Assembly: GCA_964016885.1 (NCBI GenBank)
Contig: OZ024746.1
Coordinates: forward strand, 46,934,001 to 46,998,000
Direction of reading: 5' to 3'
Origin: Eledone cirrhosa
Lineage: Eukaryota
DNA: 64,000 nucleotides
Shown: positions 42,758 to 57,800 of the stretch, piece by piece
Numbering within the stretch: position 1 is the stretch's first letter
Layout: each line of letters begins with the position of its first letter
The notes under the pieces: generated by a model
Seen by the model: the letters and a program-made list of their open reading frames with translations, nothing else
Told to the model about the DNA's origin: nothing
Databases searched by the model: none
Position numbers and translations under genes: made by a program

Positions 42758-43354
42758 ATACCTTCCTGCCAGATTGTTGAACGTATATACTTACATTATG
42801 CATATTAACGGCTGAGTAGCCCAATTTGCATATCGAGTGGGTTAATCGGTCGCCTGCACCGAAAACGATAAACGGAAAAATGAAACGAAATTTCATTTCC
42901 CACTCTTAGTACGGCTGTTACTTAAATATAAGTATGTACACGTACATACATATATGTATACAGACGTACAGTAGTATGTATATATACATACATGCACACA
43001 TATATATATGCAGACACTACGGCTTAATACGGGATGTTTGTTTACAAACGCACCGAGCATTATAATAAATGTTCGGTGAATCCATACGTACATATATATA
43101 TGTGTGCACGTATGTATATATATATATATATATATACTACTGTACGTCTGTATACATATATGTATGTACGTGTACATACTTATATTTAAGTAACAGCTGT
43201 ACGAAGAGAGGGAAATGAAATTTCGTTTCATTTTTTCCGTTTATAGTTTTCGGTGCACCCGGCCGATTAACTCATTCGATATGCAAATTGGGCTACTCAG
43301 CCGTTAATATGCATAAGGTAAGTATATACGTTCAACAATCTGGCAGGGAGGTAT

Positions 43355-43397
43355 ACGTTGCTGACGATAGCTAATAAGCTTGAAACTAGTACAGCGT
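43355..43397 (+). ncRNA. Minimal type I hammerhead ribozyme
   Basis: acgttg CTGACGA t AGCT-aata-AGCT t GAAAC TA GTA(43391) cagcgt. Confidence 0.85.
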
Positions 43398-43663
43398 TCT
43401 TTTGTCAGTGTTGAACAAACGAGCAACGATGCTTGCTAGACACTACGGCTTAATACGGGATGTTTGTTTACAAACACACCGAGCATTATAATAAATGCTC
43501 GGTGAATCCATACGTACATATATATATATATGTGTGCATGTATGTATATATATATACATACAACTGTACGTCTGTATACATATATGTATGTACGTGTACA
43601 AACTTATATTTAAGTAACAGCCGTACTAAGAGTGGGAAATGAAATTTCGTTTCATTTTTTTCC

Positions 43664-43705
<42 letters not shown>

Positions 43706-43707
<2 letters not shown>

Positions 43708-43779
43708 CGAAGGAAGTGTGGTAAGAAACTAGGTGGACCATAGCGCACCAGAGTACTCAATACTTACGGCAGTAGAGTG

Positions 43780-43839
<60 letters not shown>

Positions 43840-43853
43840 CACTCTACTGTGGG
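43706..43853 (+). mobile_element. Truncated AACGAAGG-family element with short inverted copy across (TA)n
   Basis: cagtagagtgggt-(TA)n-acccactctactg. Confidence 0.7.
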
Positions 43854-44970
43854 TATATATATATATATATATATACGAACCGAGAACCGGTAAAGACACT
43901 CCAATGGATTTCACACAGATTCTGCTTTACTCATAAAAGCCTCAGTGAAGTTGACACTATAGTAAAATATATTTCCTCAAGTTACGCTTGACAGGTTCTA
44001 ATCCAAAGTCAAGTTATTGTCAACCTAGATTTATAAAGCAATGACGAGTACCAGGACACTAAATCTAGTCCTATGCTGTATCAACATTGTCTACTATTGT
44101 TATTCAGATGCTGCTTACCTCTTTATAGTAGGCAACTCCAATGTGGTTTCTGTAGACATTGCGTAAGGAATTAGAATTTTGTTACTATTAGTTTTGTATG
44201 CTACCAGTCAGCAGATTAATTTCTTTTTGTGATTTGTGTATGTTATCTGTAATTGTCTATTTCAATATTGGTTTGTGTTAGTGTGGTCAAAATGTTGGTT
44301 TGTGTTAGTGTGGGGTTGGTTCCATCGATTATCCCCCTTCCCTTCAAATTGCTGGCTTTGTGCCACAAGGCCATAAGCAGAAACAAGTATTTGATAATAT
44401 TAGGGTGGTAAAATTGTATGAGCGTTGGACAAAATTATTGCAGCATTTTGTTATGGTCCTTTACATTCTGTGTTCAAAGACCGCTGAGGTTAGCTTTGTC
44501 TTTCATACTTACGGAGCCGATAAAATAATGTGCTCACTCGATATAACCGATGTTATTCTTCATACAAATTGTTGGCCTCGTACCTAAATTACAAATGATT
44601 ATTAGTTTGTGCTATATGCATTGTTTCCATTATTAATCGTTTAATTTTGCGGGGAAGTCTGTGCAATAATTGGTCTCTTATTTAATTAGATAGAATAACT
44701 ATTATGTGTTGTTTTTTTATTATATAAATTTCTTGAGGTTGGTTTGTGGAGACGAAATTAAATTTTATTACCACTGATATTTAATACCAAAGCTTAGAAA
44801 AGTTATTACTCAATTCATACTGTCTATACCTGCTAGAAAGTGGAAACGAGACACACTAACATCTTTTCATACAGACAATGAGACTATAACATTTTTGGAA
44901 TATACGAATATGATGTGAAAAGAAATGTGTATGCATGAGTGCATATGTGAAGAAATGAAACCTACAACAA

Positions 44971-45171
44971 TACGAAGGTCGGCTGAAAAGTTCATAGTCT
45001 GACTATGAAGGAGTGATGCTGGAGCCGTGAAATATTGCATTCATTAATTTCAACTCTTCTTATTAAAAACTGCATTGTTTCCTTCTAGGGACTATATTGA
45101 AAAATAAACCACATTTGATAATTCCATAAAAGTATCTTGGTCAGCCTATGAAACTTTCAGCCAACCTCCGT
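44971..45171. mobile_element. Mariner-type MITE
   Basis: Imperfect TIRs tacgaaggtcggctgaaaagttcatagtctgac / gtcagcctatgaaactttcagccaacctccgt. Confidence 0.75.
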
Positions 45172-45543
45172 CTTTGTCTATATGTGTGTATATATGGGTG
45201 CATATGTGAGTAAATAAGGCCTTCAACAATATTGGGATTACAGTGTAGTCTGTCAAGATGTCCTGTATGTCCCTCAGGCGAAGGATTTAAATTACCTTAC
45301 TACCATTGCCACACAAATGACCCGACAAAATTCGTTGCAAAATCTATTTCATCTCTGCCATAATTCCTGCTTTATCATGTCTAAAGTTCACTGTCCGAAA
45401 TATCGATATACTGAAATGAATGTCATTTATTGCAAATAAAAATATATAAATTCTGCATTGTTGATGGCTCCATCAACTCACGTTCCAGATAATACTTCAT
45501 AACAAGTTTTTACAAAGATCTTCAAAATTTAATACTATATATA

Positions 45544-45620
45544 CAGGATGTCCCCAAAAACTGTATACAAATTTCAACAGCATTATGTTTAAATTATGTA
45601 TACATTTTTGGGATACCATG
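45544..45620. mobile_element. Tc1/mariner-like mini-MITE
   Basis: caggatgtccccaaaaactgtataca / tgtatacatttttgggataccatg, TA on both sides. Confidence 0.65.
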
Positions 45621-48600
45621 TATATATATATATATATATATATACAGAGAGAGAGAGAGAGAGGGGGAGGGGGAGCAAGAGAATGTGGGTTAGAGAAAAG
45701 TATAAAAAGATTATAAGAAAACATTTTATTACTCGAAGAAAATGTTCCATATAGGTTTGCATTAAAATTTGAGAAAAATATTCATATATGCAAGTGTAAT
45801 GTACATACATATTTACATAAACGCAATGAAGCGTTCACCCCTACTTTATACATGCACACACACACACACACACATATTATATACATAAATACATACATAT
45901 ATACGTACGTACATACATACATACATACATACATACATACACACATACATACATATATACATACATACACACACACACATGTATATATACACACATATAT
46001 ATATATATAGATATGTAGCTATTGTTCCTTTAATTTGTTAAGTGTCTAGAAATAGAACACTAAGTGAAATACAAGAATGCACTTGAACTATCACTTGATC
46101 TTATATGTAGAATTTGAACGAAAACCTTCGAGCATGAATATATAATTATAGATGTCGCATTAAACCACACAGAATTCAACCTAACATATAGCATATGTCT
46201 GTTTTCTGATTTTGTTTTTCAAATGTTTCACAAATAGAAAAAGTGCGTGACTCCAGCACCGAGTCTGAGCTCTTACAATGAATTTAGGTAACTTAAACTA
46301 GATATCATGAATGTACGAATATATCTAAGTTTTTTTGAAGTCTTTTAGTTTAGTGGTTAAATAATTCATCTCTTCATCATAAGGTGTTCAGTTCGATAAC
46401 CGGAGAGACCTTGTGTCTATGCAAAGGAATTTGGGAAAATTTATAAATTCGATTTCATTGGGGAAATACTTTTCCTGCTTGTTTGTTTTTTTTGTTTTTT
46501 TTTTTGTGTGCTCTCAACTACTGCCGCTGGAGATGTCGTTAGTCGTTTAGAACACATGGCGTTATGAGGCTGTTTGCTTGCAAATGAATCGAATATTAAT
46601 AATATTATTATAATATTGCGTCGTGCATTATGATGCGTCGTACACTTATCTGTACACTTCATTCCAAATGGTTCAATTTCCAGATGCTACAAGGTTTCTT
46701 ATTTTTGAATATATAGATTCGTCTAAGGCTGGATTCAAACCAAATTTCTTAATGCTTATGTACCAATCTATTCATAAGAGTAAGACGTTTATTTGAAGGG
46801 AAGCCTGTATGTCTGGAGTAATTTTATTTCAATAACAATCTCTCGTCATTGGGCATTTATCATTTTTACTTTATCGACCGCATGAAGAAGAACTTAATGA
46901 GCATTAATCAAGCTTTCCCATAACAATGTCTGTTAATCCTTTATCGGTCGTTTCCTTCCTCTGTTGTCACTATTAATGCTACAAAAATCTCTTTGCACGT
47001 GTGGAATTTACTTTTCAATCTCCTGAACATCCTATCTACATTTTCCTAAGTCTAGCAAACAAGTAGCCAAAGAGCACATTAGCCATATTAACCTCATTTA
47101 CTTATGCTAATATCTCCTACTACAAGGACAAGGAAATTGTATGTATAGTTACCGATTCCATTCGCAAAACATGGACTAAAAAAGAAAGTGCCACTTTATG
47201 TATGGAGAATTAGCTTGAGCAATGTGTCCGTAATATCAAACAATAGGCAGTACTACTCCCTTTCTCCGTATTAGTGAATGAAATAACGTGAACTTAATTC
47301 AGTGTGAATACTTTCAAAGTGGAGTGTACAACACCGAATAAGAGAATTTGTTTTTTTATTATATTTCAAAATTCTTTGTAATCGATCAAAATGCTTGCTG
47401 GTAATTTCCTTTCTTGTGGTAAGAAGCTTTATAAATCTGCTCAATAAAAGAATCTAACATTTCTAAAACGCATTTCGGGGCTCTGAGAATATCTAAAACT
47501 ATTTAAACGTGATAGACAATTTTTTAACTTGTGATTTCGAATATGAAACTTTCATTAGTATCAAAATAATAGATCAAATTTCAACTGTTTCAGCCTTTAT
47601 TTTCATGTTCCAACACCTTCGATTCAAAGAGAAAATTGAAGTGTGATATATCAAAAGATTCAAAGTTTATCTTCGTGTAACATGTACAATTTTCTATATT
47701 TTTGTATATTTGTTTTATTTCATAGTTTTCGTATAAAAAATAAAAGGAAAAGGGTTGCTACTAAAACAAAAAAAAACAACAGAAGATAACAACAAAACTA
47801 TAAAGGTCTTTAAGTTATTCTACAAAATATCCTTTCGTTGAGATATTAAATTTCCTTTTAGCGACTTTTCTTCGAATTTCACACAATCGATCGTTTGGTA
47901 AATGCTAGTGGTAAAGTAAATTATTCAGACAACTGAAATTTTAATTCGTCGTACCACATATATAGAGAAACACGTATATGGTATATTTTTAGACATCTTA
48001 ACGTTGAAAAATATTGATATTTTTTTTTAAAATAGGATAGTCATAATTCGTCTTAAAGTGTATATGAAACTATAACTTCTACAAAAGGAAAGTCTTGGTA
48101 GTTTCTGATTATGGTACTTAAAGACAATCCTGCATTTGTCTTAGGCATTTTACTTAAGCAATCGTATTAAGGGTTAACAAGTACTACCAATCCGTGTCTA
48201 CGAGTTGATTGTTGTTTTTCTTGTCTAAATCTAATATATATCGTTAGCCATGCGATGGAAATAAATGCCGTTAGATCTAATGAATACCATTTTGAAAGCA
48301 TCAATGTTAATTTAACTTGCCTAAATATGAAATGGATATATGCAGAAGTTTTCATGTCAGAAGTATTCACGAATTTCTTCATTAAATCTCATTTAGTGCC
48401 ATGATTATTTTGTTGTTGCTGTTATTTATTAACTCATGACAACCCCCAATGTACCGACATATGACTAAAAGATTTCCAGTCATGACACCTTAATTCTTTC
48501 TCGTGAATTGCATATGTAAGTATATATTATCCATTGTAACCTTCTATCATAAGAGACAGGGAGTCATAGGTTATTTAAGGAAGACTTAACTAGGATTTCT

Positions 48601-50611
48601 AACTACTTTTGTAAACACAGTAGATACTCGCACATTGAAGTTATTGGCAATTGTTTCTAGAGACATTCTTATCAAGTACAATTTATGAAAGGCCTAAGTT
48701 GATAATAGTTTGCCTATTATCTGGTTTTCCATTATATTTGTATACTTTGTATAAGCCATTACCGCTTCAAGTTTACTCCCTAGATTTAGACCCACTTCTC
48801 AGCGACGAATCGTTGGCGATCGTCGTACAACAGACATTGTACGAAGATCCCCAACTTCTTATTGACAAACATGTGGACGATTGCTGGTTTCTGAAGTGTG
48901 TGCGTTTGTGTGTATGTGTTTGTGCATACGCGCACGTGTGTATGTGTGTGTTCAAGTGTTTTCTTTTTGTTTCATCTGCGGTATTAATCGTGTAAGCATT
49001 TCATTGAAATATCCATTTCGATTTCTCGTATTTTCTATGTGTTAAGAATATATCTGCATATATTTGACAATCTAGATTTTCTTACATGTGCAGATCTGTA
49101 GATCTTCAGTTTACTGTGTCTGTATTATCGTAATTTCCCGAGTAGGATATAATCTTGTTGCATAGCACGTAGGCAAGCTTGATTGTGTGCTTAAGAAGTT
49201 TGCGTTGAACTTCCACCGATTCAGATTTAATCCCCCTCTGCCGCAGTTTGGACAGGTATCTTTCGTTATAGCCCCACATCAACTAAATCCACCTAGCATA
49301 ATTCAGTATTCGGAAACTGGTTGGAAACCTTTCTATGGAGGTAAATTTCCCTATTCATGGGTGGCCGAGTTAATCTGTAGACAGGTTTAATACAATGAAT
49401 GGTACTTTTCAGTTACAACATAAAACTTCCCTGGATGTTTTGATAAAGTAATACAAAATTTGTAAGTGTTCTTCAAATTCTTTTTTGACCGTTTATTATA
49501 ATCACGTTGCTTTTAGTTGTTATCATTCAAGCGATTGTGAGTAGTGAATTGACAGCACCGATACAATGTCTGACAAAATGGTTTGTGCTATTTATATGCG
49601 ATTTTCTACGTTCAGAGCTCAAATACCTTCGAGATCATTTTGTATTTCTTCCTTCTGGGATCGATAAACTGAAACAATAGTTAAGTACTGGGGGTTGATA
49701 TAATTGATTTTCTTTTCTTTAAAATAATAGTGAAATAATCCACTATAATTGTAAGTGATTTGCGCCAAGCTCGATACATTATTAGAGTCTAAGTCAAAGG
49801 TGTACTTTAATGGGTAAGACATTTGTAGTTGAAGACAGTGAATGCCACAGAGCATATATACTTAATACAAAATGAAAACAAAACTTTCTATTCAAATTCC
49901 ATCTTTAATTAGTGGAACTCGAATAGCAATCTTGGTTTTCATTCTGCATTAATATTACATATATATGTGGGGGTGGGTAGAATATCTGCGGATAAAAAGA
50001 ATAGAAGACTGTCCAATCTAGTGTACGAGAGTTGATTTAGTGTTTATTTACGTTCATACACTGAACATGTAATGCGCTATCTTAGGTGTCAGACTGTACG
50101 CGATGGCGCAGAATGTGTGGAAGTGGTATGGCGAGTTTACAAAAATTATCGTTAGAATGAAACTACGTTCACTTTAAGGACGAAATATTCTCCTCCTATG
50201 TATTTACAAAGGGCATTTACCGCTATATTTTTAAACTGGTCCCAGCGCCTGAAGAAAGGGGTCAGAACAGAAAAAGCTGAAACAAATGCCGTAAAGCATC
50301 TCATCCGACTAACTTACAATTCTACCAATCCATAACTCTGGCCTATTTCTTTATTTTACTGACCGCGGAAGGTCGTAAATCTATGATAACCTCGGTGATA
50401 TTTACGTCTAGAGCATCAGAAAAATACTGCAATGTATTTTATCTTACGCTCTCACGGCTCTGCTAAATTGTCTTTTACCCTCCTTCGTTTTGAAATTAGG
50501 AGTCAGGATATATCTCATTCATGAAGGATTAATCATTTTGATAATGTGTGGGAGATGGTGTAGCACCATCGAGTGCTCCTTAAACTGGTGCACTACCTGT
50601 TGTAACTAACG

Positions 50612-50652
<41 letters not shown>

Positions 50653-50657
<5 letters not shown>

Positions 50658-50838
50658 GTTTCTACTTTTGGGACAAGGCCAGCAATTACCCAGTGCATTA
50701 CTGGTACTTTATTTTATCGACCTCGTAAGGATGAAATTCAAAGTTAACCTCGGCGGGATTTGAACTCAGAATGGCAAGGGCGGTAACTCTATGCGTCAAA
50801 GCATGGCGTCCGACACCCTACCGATACTGCCAATCCAC
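50653..50838 (-). mobile_element. Dominant SINE, full length, tail in (TA)n
   Basis: Reverse complement of 20191-20374. Confidence 0.88.
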
Positions 50839-51570
50839 TGCATATAATAAGGAGTTGACGGACCCAGCATATTTATCAACGGTTGTATCTCAGCGTACTC
50901 AATAGGTAATGTAGGATACATTCCCAAAGTATACACATAGTTATTCGCTTCAATACAACACACGTAAACGGGTGCCTATGGTAATTCCCGGACTCGAGTT
51001 TCAGCCACACTTAATGCAGCAGTAGGGTGCACTGCACCCTCTGTCTGCATATATTATGCAATAATGCATAATCAGCGCATGTGGCTTATTCAGCATGTAT
51101 CGCCTAATCAATAACCAATCGATCGACAGTATTCAACCCCAGTCCATGCCGGCTATGACTATATGTGACGGCCGAAACAGTAAAGTGACTAGCAATTGTA
51201 ATCTGATACAACTCTGTCCCCAGCCAGCCAGCCATTTACAAATGTACGTGGTGGCAGGAGATTAGAAAACAAATAATTCCGTTCCCGTCAAAAGCCTCAG
51301 CCAACGTGCTTCAAACACAAATTAATAAGATAGTGAAAAGATGGTTACTAGAAAGAGCAGTCCCACATCGTTGTATAATAGAATGGTAGCATTCGGCTTA
51401 AGTCTCCAAGTCCCATGGCTAGAGGAAAGAGATAGTAACAATGGTAGTGCCAAGATCATTTATAGGACATTAAATGCCAGTATCTATTATACAGCAACAT
51501 ATAGTAGTGAGCTGGATTGCGGCAGCCACGTGCGTAAACCAGTCTATATATATATATATATATATTTATT

Positions 51571-53958
51571 TATTTATTAAAATAACAGATTAAAGTTTAA
51601 GCAAAGAATCGCTGCTTTCACCCTTAAGTCGGTGATTAATTTCGACAACTCTATTTGGATTAAAAAATCCAATTGTACCCCATTCGACGTGAGTATGGGC
51701 GCCAGTGACTCTGCGGGGGTTACTGATCTTATTGGCCTTTTCCTTCTTTTCTCTATCAAGGACGAATTCCCCAACGCGGGCGGTGGTTTGTACCGTGACG
51801 ATGGTCTTTTGACCATGACTAAGTGCGGACCTCGTACTTGCGACAGGTTCAGAAAAGAACTCACAGCCTTCTTTAAAGGCTTCAACCTCTCTATACAGGT
51901 TGAAGCCAATCTCTCGGTCGTTAATTACCTCAACCTTACCCTCAATTTATTGAATGGGTTGTATTACCCGTATAGAAAGCCGAATGATACGCTTAATTAC
52001 ATAAGTAAGCATTCCAACCATCCTGCCAGCATAACCAAGAACCTGGTAAGAAACGTTTCGTTGAGGCTTTCCCGTCTTTCCACCAACGAGCGCATTTTCA
52101 ACGACCATTCCACTTATTACAATGAAGCTCTTGCTCGAAGTGGATTTGTCGATAAGGTAGCATATACAGAGTACGAAAATAGACCTAGAAGGAATAGATC
52201 CCGTCGCATTTGTTGGTTTAACCCACCATATAATATGGAGGTGGCCACACCATTAGCTAAGATCTTTCTTTCCCTTATTACGAAGCCTTTTTCCCCCTAC
52301 ACATAAATATAGTAAAATTTTTAATAGAAATACTATTAAAATGTCTTACTCTACGACTCCTAACCTTGCACATAACATCACAGCTTCAAATTTAGCTAAA
52401 CTACCTAGCCGTAGGAACACGTGCAACCCTGTAGGTAGTACTAACTGTAATTGTAGGAATCGGGCTGATTGCCCCCTATCCGGGAAATGCCTCTCTAGTA
52501 ACATTGTCTACAAATGTAAGGTTGTAACACCCACGTCCCGTAGGGCCTACATAGGGTTAACCGCCAATAGTTTCAAGCAGCGTCTTTTTACATGCATACC
52601 CATTCTTTTCGTTACCCTCTAAGAAGGAATATGACGTCACTTTCAGCTTATATCTGGAGTCTAAAAGACAACCACACCCAATATAAGTTACACTGGGAGA
52701 TCCTAGCTAGGGCTTGATCGTATAACGGAAATAAAAGACCATGTGACCTCTGCGCCGCTGAGGCCCTGGAAATACTCTACGCTACAGACCACATCTTAAA
52801 CAAAAAATCTGAGGCAATTTCCGGCTTGTAAACATAAATTGCACAAAACTTTCCTGTATTACAGCCCCACGTTATACCCTAACGGATAGCACGATCTATA
52901 CGTGGATATTTTACGTCTTGATGTGGGAGCTAAGTATATGTTTTGTTTTTTCCTTTACGTATTTGCATAGGTAAGTATATATTACCCGTATGTTTTGTGA
53001 AGGTATGTATACCGTCTCGTACGTATATTTGACTGTTATAGCGTATAATTTTTACATATTCTGGTATTTAGTGTTTGGCTATGTGTATACGGGAGTTTTG
53101 CGTCCGCGTGAGTGTGCAGGTTCGTACGTATGGTGGGTGTGTGTATATGTGTACTTCTTGTTTTAGTTGACTTACGTCTCTGAACATTCGTGTATTTATA
53201 TGTAGGTATGCGTGTGCGCTTGTTATATACGTATTTATTTACTTATATACGTTTATATAATTATTTATTTATTTGTACACAAGCATACACACACACACAT
53301 ATTTATATATGCGTGGTTTTGTATACCCACGGTAAGGTTTTGCGTATGCTTGTGTATGTACGTATCTGTTTGCGTGTATGTATTTATTTGTTCCTATTAC
53401 TTCTGTATTGTATTTATTTACTTTGTTCTTAACTCTGTAGCGGAGATTCATTTGGTCTCCTAGTTAGAAATTTAGTCTACGATTCCTGCTATACCATTTA
53501 CGTTGTTTTGTCTTTGCGTTATATTGTTCTCCACGCTCCACATATAACTTATTATCTTCGTTTTTTCGTTCATTGCCAGAGAACGTCTCTATGCACCACC
53601 TAAGAGAACATTAGTCTACGACCTCTTTTATACCATAAACGTGGTTTTGTCTTTGCGCGTAATTGTTTTTCACCGCTCCTATTAATGACGTATTATTCGT
53701 TTTTTCCCATTCTTTGCCAGCGAACGTTACCACGAACCAAAGTATCGTCTTCCTGTCTTCCTCCGGTTGCAACGTTTTTTGAAATATCCAGTTCTGCGTT
53801 TACAGATTGACTTTCCCGTTAAGGGTGAAAGCAGCGATTCTTTGCTTAAACTTTAATCTGTTATTTTAATAAATATTTGCTCTACGGTTCTTATATATTT
53901 GATATATATTTTCCTTATCGAGCCCTCTTTGGATTTTAGTCTTCAATTTTATTATTAT

Positions 53959-53961
<3 letters not shown>
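51571..53961 (+). mobile_element. 5'-truncated Hydra-clade-like PLE with 57-bp inverted pLTR fragment at the 5' end
   Basis: 51571-51627 is the reverse complement of 53819-53875; TA flanks; RT and GIY-YIG remnants. Confidence 0.85.
51628..52840 (+). pseudogene. PLE RT C-terminal half + GIY-YIG (frameshifts and stops)
   Basis: FDVSMGASDSA, GGLYRDDGL, VNYLNLTLNL, YRKPN..YI..HSNHP, RRICWFNPPYN, CNCRNRADCPLSGKCL..IVYKC..YIGLTANSFKQR, IWSLKD, CDLC..E. Confidence 0.92.
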
Positions 53962-54017
<56 letters not shown>

Positions 54018-54018
<1 letters not shown>

Positions 54019-54805
54019 GGGGTAACAAATAATAGTTATATGCAGTCCACTTAGGTGTAGTCCAGTTATGGTATTCCGGTTAGTGGATGATATCAACGCT
54101 TGGCTTGGTTTGGCTCAACAAGGCGTTTTCATAGTGATGTTGCGAGTATGCTGTAATTCCTATGTAATAAACACTTGGAGTAATAATAAATCAGGAAAGA
54201 AGATTGACATGGTTTGCTATACAAGAAAGGTTTTTAATCTCATTGCTGACAATTGTTTCTCTGAACTGGTAGGTCTAGAGATCGCTATTCGCTTGTTTTC
54301 ACGTTACTCTATCGCCAATACAAAATTATAACCAGTCAGTTCTTCGGAGCATGCGAGAATGAAGAGGATATACAGGCATGAAAGGAATATACAGGCTACT
54401 GTATGAAGTAGTAATGGCATTCAGTTAGAACAATAACAACAATGCTAGTAATAAATTATTTGAGGAGACCCTGACATTACATTAGGTGGCGGGTATAGTG
54501 TATCTAAGATTTCGGCGTGTAAAACTAGCTGACATGAAGCAGAAGTATAAGGTTGACATGTAAGGAGTGTCGTAGGGTGTATTATATCAATTTTAAAGAT
54601 AAGCCGGTGTTTATCAACAATGTAGGTCAGGTGGCCGTAATGTTCAGTATTTATCTGACCGACGAAGTATTTATCATTGAGCAGAATCTGTGTGGTCTAC
54701 ATTAGATGAGAATGCAGTCTTTCTTTTCATCTTCAATAACATACATGTATGGGACAAAACTGTCAAAGCTAAATAATGGGCAAGTTAATACAGAGGTTAA
54801 GGAGG

Positions 54806-54850
<45 letters not shown>

Positions 54851-57800
54851 CATATATACACACACACATATATATATATACACACGCACGTGTACATAGC
54901 CACATACATACACATCAATATACACTCGTACAAATACATACATACATGCAAAGAGATAAACATGCTGACTGTAATTATGGCAAAAGGAAGGTAAAGTTAC
55001 ATTGTAGTAATGATTTGAGAAATTCTTGAACTTAGGATCAAGTGATGGCAGCAGTTGAGAAGGAATAAGTTTATGGGTTGATGAGGTACTTACAGACATT
55101 TGTGTGGTATAGAACTGTGAAGGCTAGAGTGTACTTAATGAGTATATTTCTGTGGTGATTTATGCAGGGTAGTGGGTATCCTAGTTTAAAGCTATGTTAT
55201 GTTGGTTCGATTCACGGAGGTTTGAATCTTATGAATTTAGTGGCAATTCTATGTCTGCAGAAGATAGATCTTTCTAACTTATTGTTAAGTAGCCTTTTTA
55301 CATTTTTGAGGATATACATTAGTTCCAGATCACATTGCCCGCAGTGGGACATACCTGTACTATAGGTTTTAGCAGCCGACAACTTCGACCAGTTAATACT
55401 GTAGTTAGTGTTGTTGTCCTTCAGTTTCCATATTTTTTTGGCGAGGGTTGTGGAACCCATAAGTGCACGGTTTTTCATCGAGTGCCTGTGCACATACCAT
55501 CTTTTTTTAAAAGAACCCGCGGTGGATCCTATGTAATTCCAGGTAGAGTTATCCGAATTGACCGTGTACATGTACACTAGGCTCGAATCGAGACATCTGT
55601 TCGCCAATGGGCACCTATCTGGTAGGTGACAGTTACAGTTTGAGGTGCTATTTTGTGCAGCTTCTACACTCCTGTTTAGTACTCTGTTATAAGTGGGTTG
55701 TGATATATGCCCATTGGGGTTTTGCTGCTGCGCGTTTGTATGCGCTTGCGGTTGTGATACTGTGATGTGTTTATGCTTATAATTTGGTGCTACGTTGTGC
55801 ATAGGTGCGGCTGATTTACTAGAGATATTTCTGTGGTTGATCTTGCGTATGTGTGATTCTATATTTGCTGCTGTCGAGTATGAGAGTTTCTATTGAGTAT
55901 TTTATGATATCTATGTGAAATAGGGAAGTGTTTATCTATTAGTTTAAAGAATGTAGAGGGCAGTCTAGTTTTTATAGAGGAGTTGAAGATTGGGTTGAAC
56001 CATAGGTATTTTCTTTGTCTGATTCTTCTATTGTTTCTTGGGTTTACGTTATTAGTGTTTTGACCGTTCACTCCAGGTGCTACGTGCCTAACCCTATGTC
56101 TAGTCCAGTTACTACTATTATTGTGTGAGCGGTTGGTGTAGTTGTTACTAGGATTTTTTATGTTGTCTTTATTCACTATATACTGCAGTTTATCTTTATG
56201 ACCGGCCCTACGTAATGCTGCATTATAATAGTCAGCATGTTCGTTAAAGATTTCTAGGTTTGTGGATAAGCGGGATATTCGGAGGGATATACTACGTGCT
56301 ATGGATCTGATTATGGATTTGGGGTGGTTTGAGTTGTAACTAATGTAGGCTAGATTTTCATTATTTTTGTTGAAAGGTTCTATTAATCCCGTATTTAGAT
56401 TTAGAGTCACATCTAGAAAGTTTACCTTCTTATGGTTCAGTTCGTAGGTAATACTTAGGCCTAGTTTTTTGAAGAATATTCTAATGTTTTTTCTTAATCT
56501 TTCCATGCTCTGGTTGTTTAGGTTCCTAGCTATAAGTAGCGTGTCGTCCCTATAAATTCCTCCTTGGAAGTTACTGAATTCCTTATGTAGGTTGTGTGCT
56601 ATGAATAGCCCCACGATATCTGTGATTTGCGCAGAGTCATTTGATCCCATTGTTATATCGAAGCTGTTTATCCTATCTTTTCTTACCCAGTAGCTATTTT
56701 CAAATTTTATGATAGTCCTTCTAGCCGCTATTATTATTTCAATTTCATCATGGGTAAGATCGGAGTTATTTTGGGCAAATATAAGCGCCTTATCTAGGGT
56801 AGATGGGGATATGGATGCATAGTAGTCGTCTATATCAAATTGTATGAAGTTACACGTCTCCCTATTTTGTATTTTATTGAACCATTCAATTGCCTCGTTA
56901 GTGTTACCCCATAAATTGATTTCTAGTTTACCCTTTATTTGTGCGATTACCCTATCTAGAATGTTCTTGCTAATTTTGCCTATGTCTGACTTGGATGGGC
57001 ATATTAATCTAATGGTGGGGTTTGTTTCAAAATTATTTTTGTGATCCTTCAGGTTAAATGTTGGGTTGCAAGGGGTTAGCGGTTCTGTCCTATCGGGAAT
57101 TCCCTGTTTATCTTGAGGCCCTCCACGTTAATGCTGGTGAGTGTAGATTCATTTGTTTTTTTGTATTTGTTATGTAGTTCATGCTGGATAAAGCTATTGT
57201 ACGTGTTAATGTCCATAGAGTATACGTTTGATGTTTTGTCTGCTTTTACTATGATACCGTTAGTGTCTTTTAGTTTTTTTAGTAGTGTATTTAAGTCATT
57301 TTGTAATTTGTTGTGATTTGTTCCTTTTTTTAATTTAGTTTCACTTATTATATTCATAAGGTCTAACTCGAAGGCATCGAGTGCGGGGTTGTTTGGCGGG
57401 TGTTTGCAGGATTTAAACCCGTAATTCTCCTTAGAAAATTCCCTTGCGTTAGTATTCGGTCCCTTGTCGAAATGGTAAGCTTTCCATCGGACCCTGCGGA
57501 TGAAATCATTAGTCCGTTGTATCATGCCCAGTGTATAGTCCTTTTTCGTAGGTATTGGTATGTTTTTCAGTGACATTCCTATACGGTGCTTCTCCATGTT
57601 GTTGCCGTGCATTAATGGTGTTGCTCGACCAGGTGGGAGCTAAATATACGGGGTAACAAATAATAGTTATATGCAGTCCACTTAGGTGTAGTCCAGTTAT
57701 GGTATTCCGGGTAGTGGATGATATCAACGCAAGGCGTTTTCATAGTGATGTTGCGAGTATACTGTAATTCCTATGTAGTAAACACTTGGAGTAATAATAA

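Larger units (their letters stand above)
42524..43668. mobile_element. Head-to-head array of the ~425-nt HHR family (minus 42524-43010, plus 43012-43668)
   Basis: Period 426 (43031 to 43457); (TA)n at both ends; two intact HHRs. Confidence 0.88.

Noticed and set aside
48780-48890. Possible plus-strand exon DLDPLLSDESLAIVVQQ...
   Set aside because: Short, no recognisable homology, splice donor unclear
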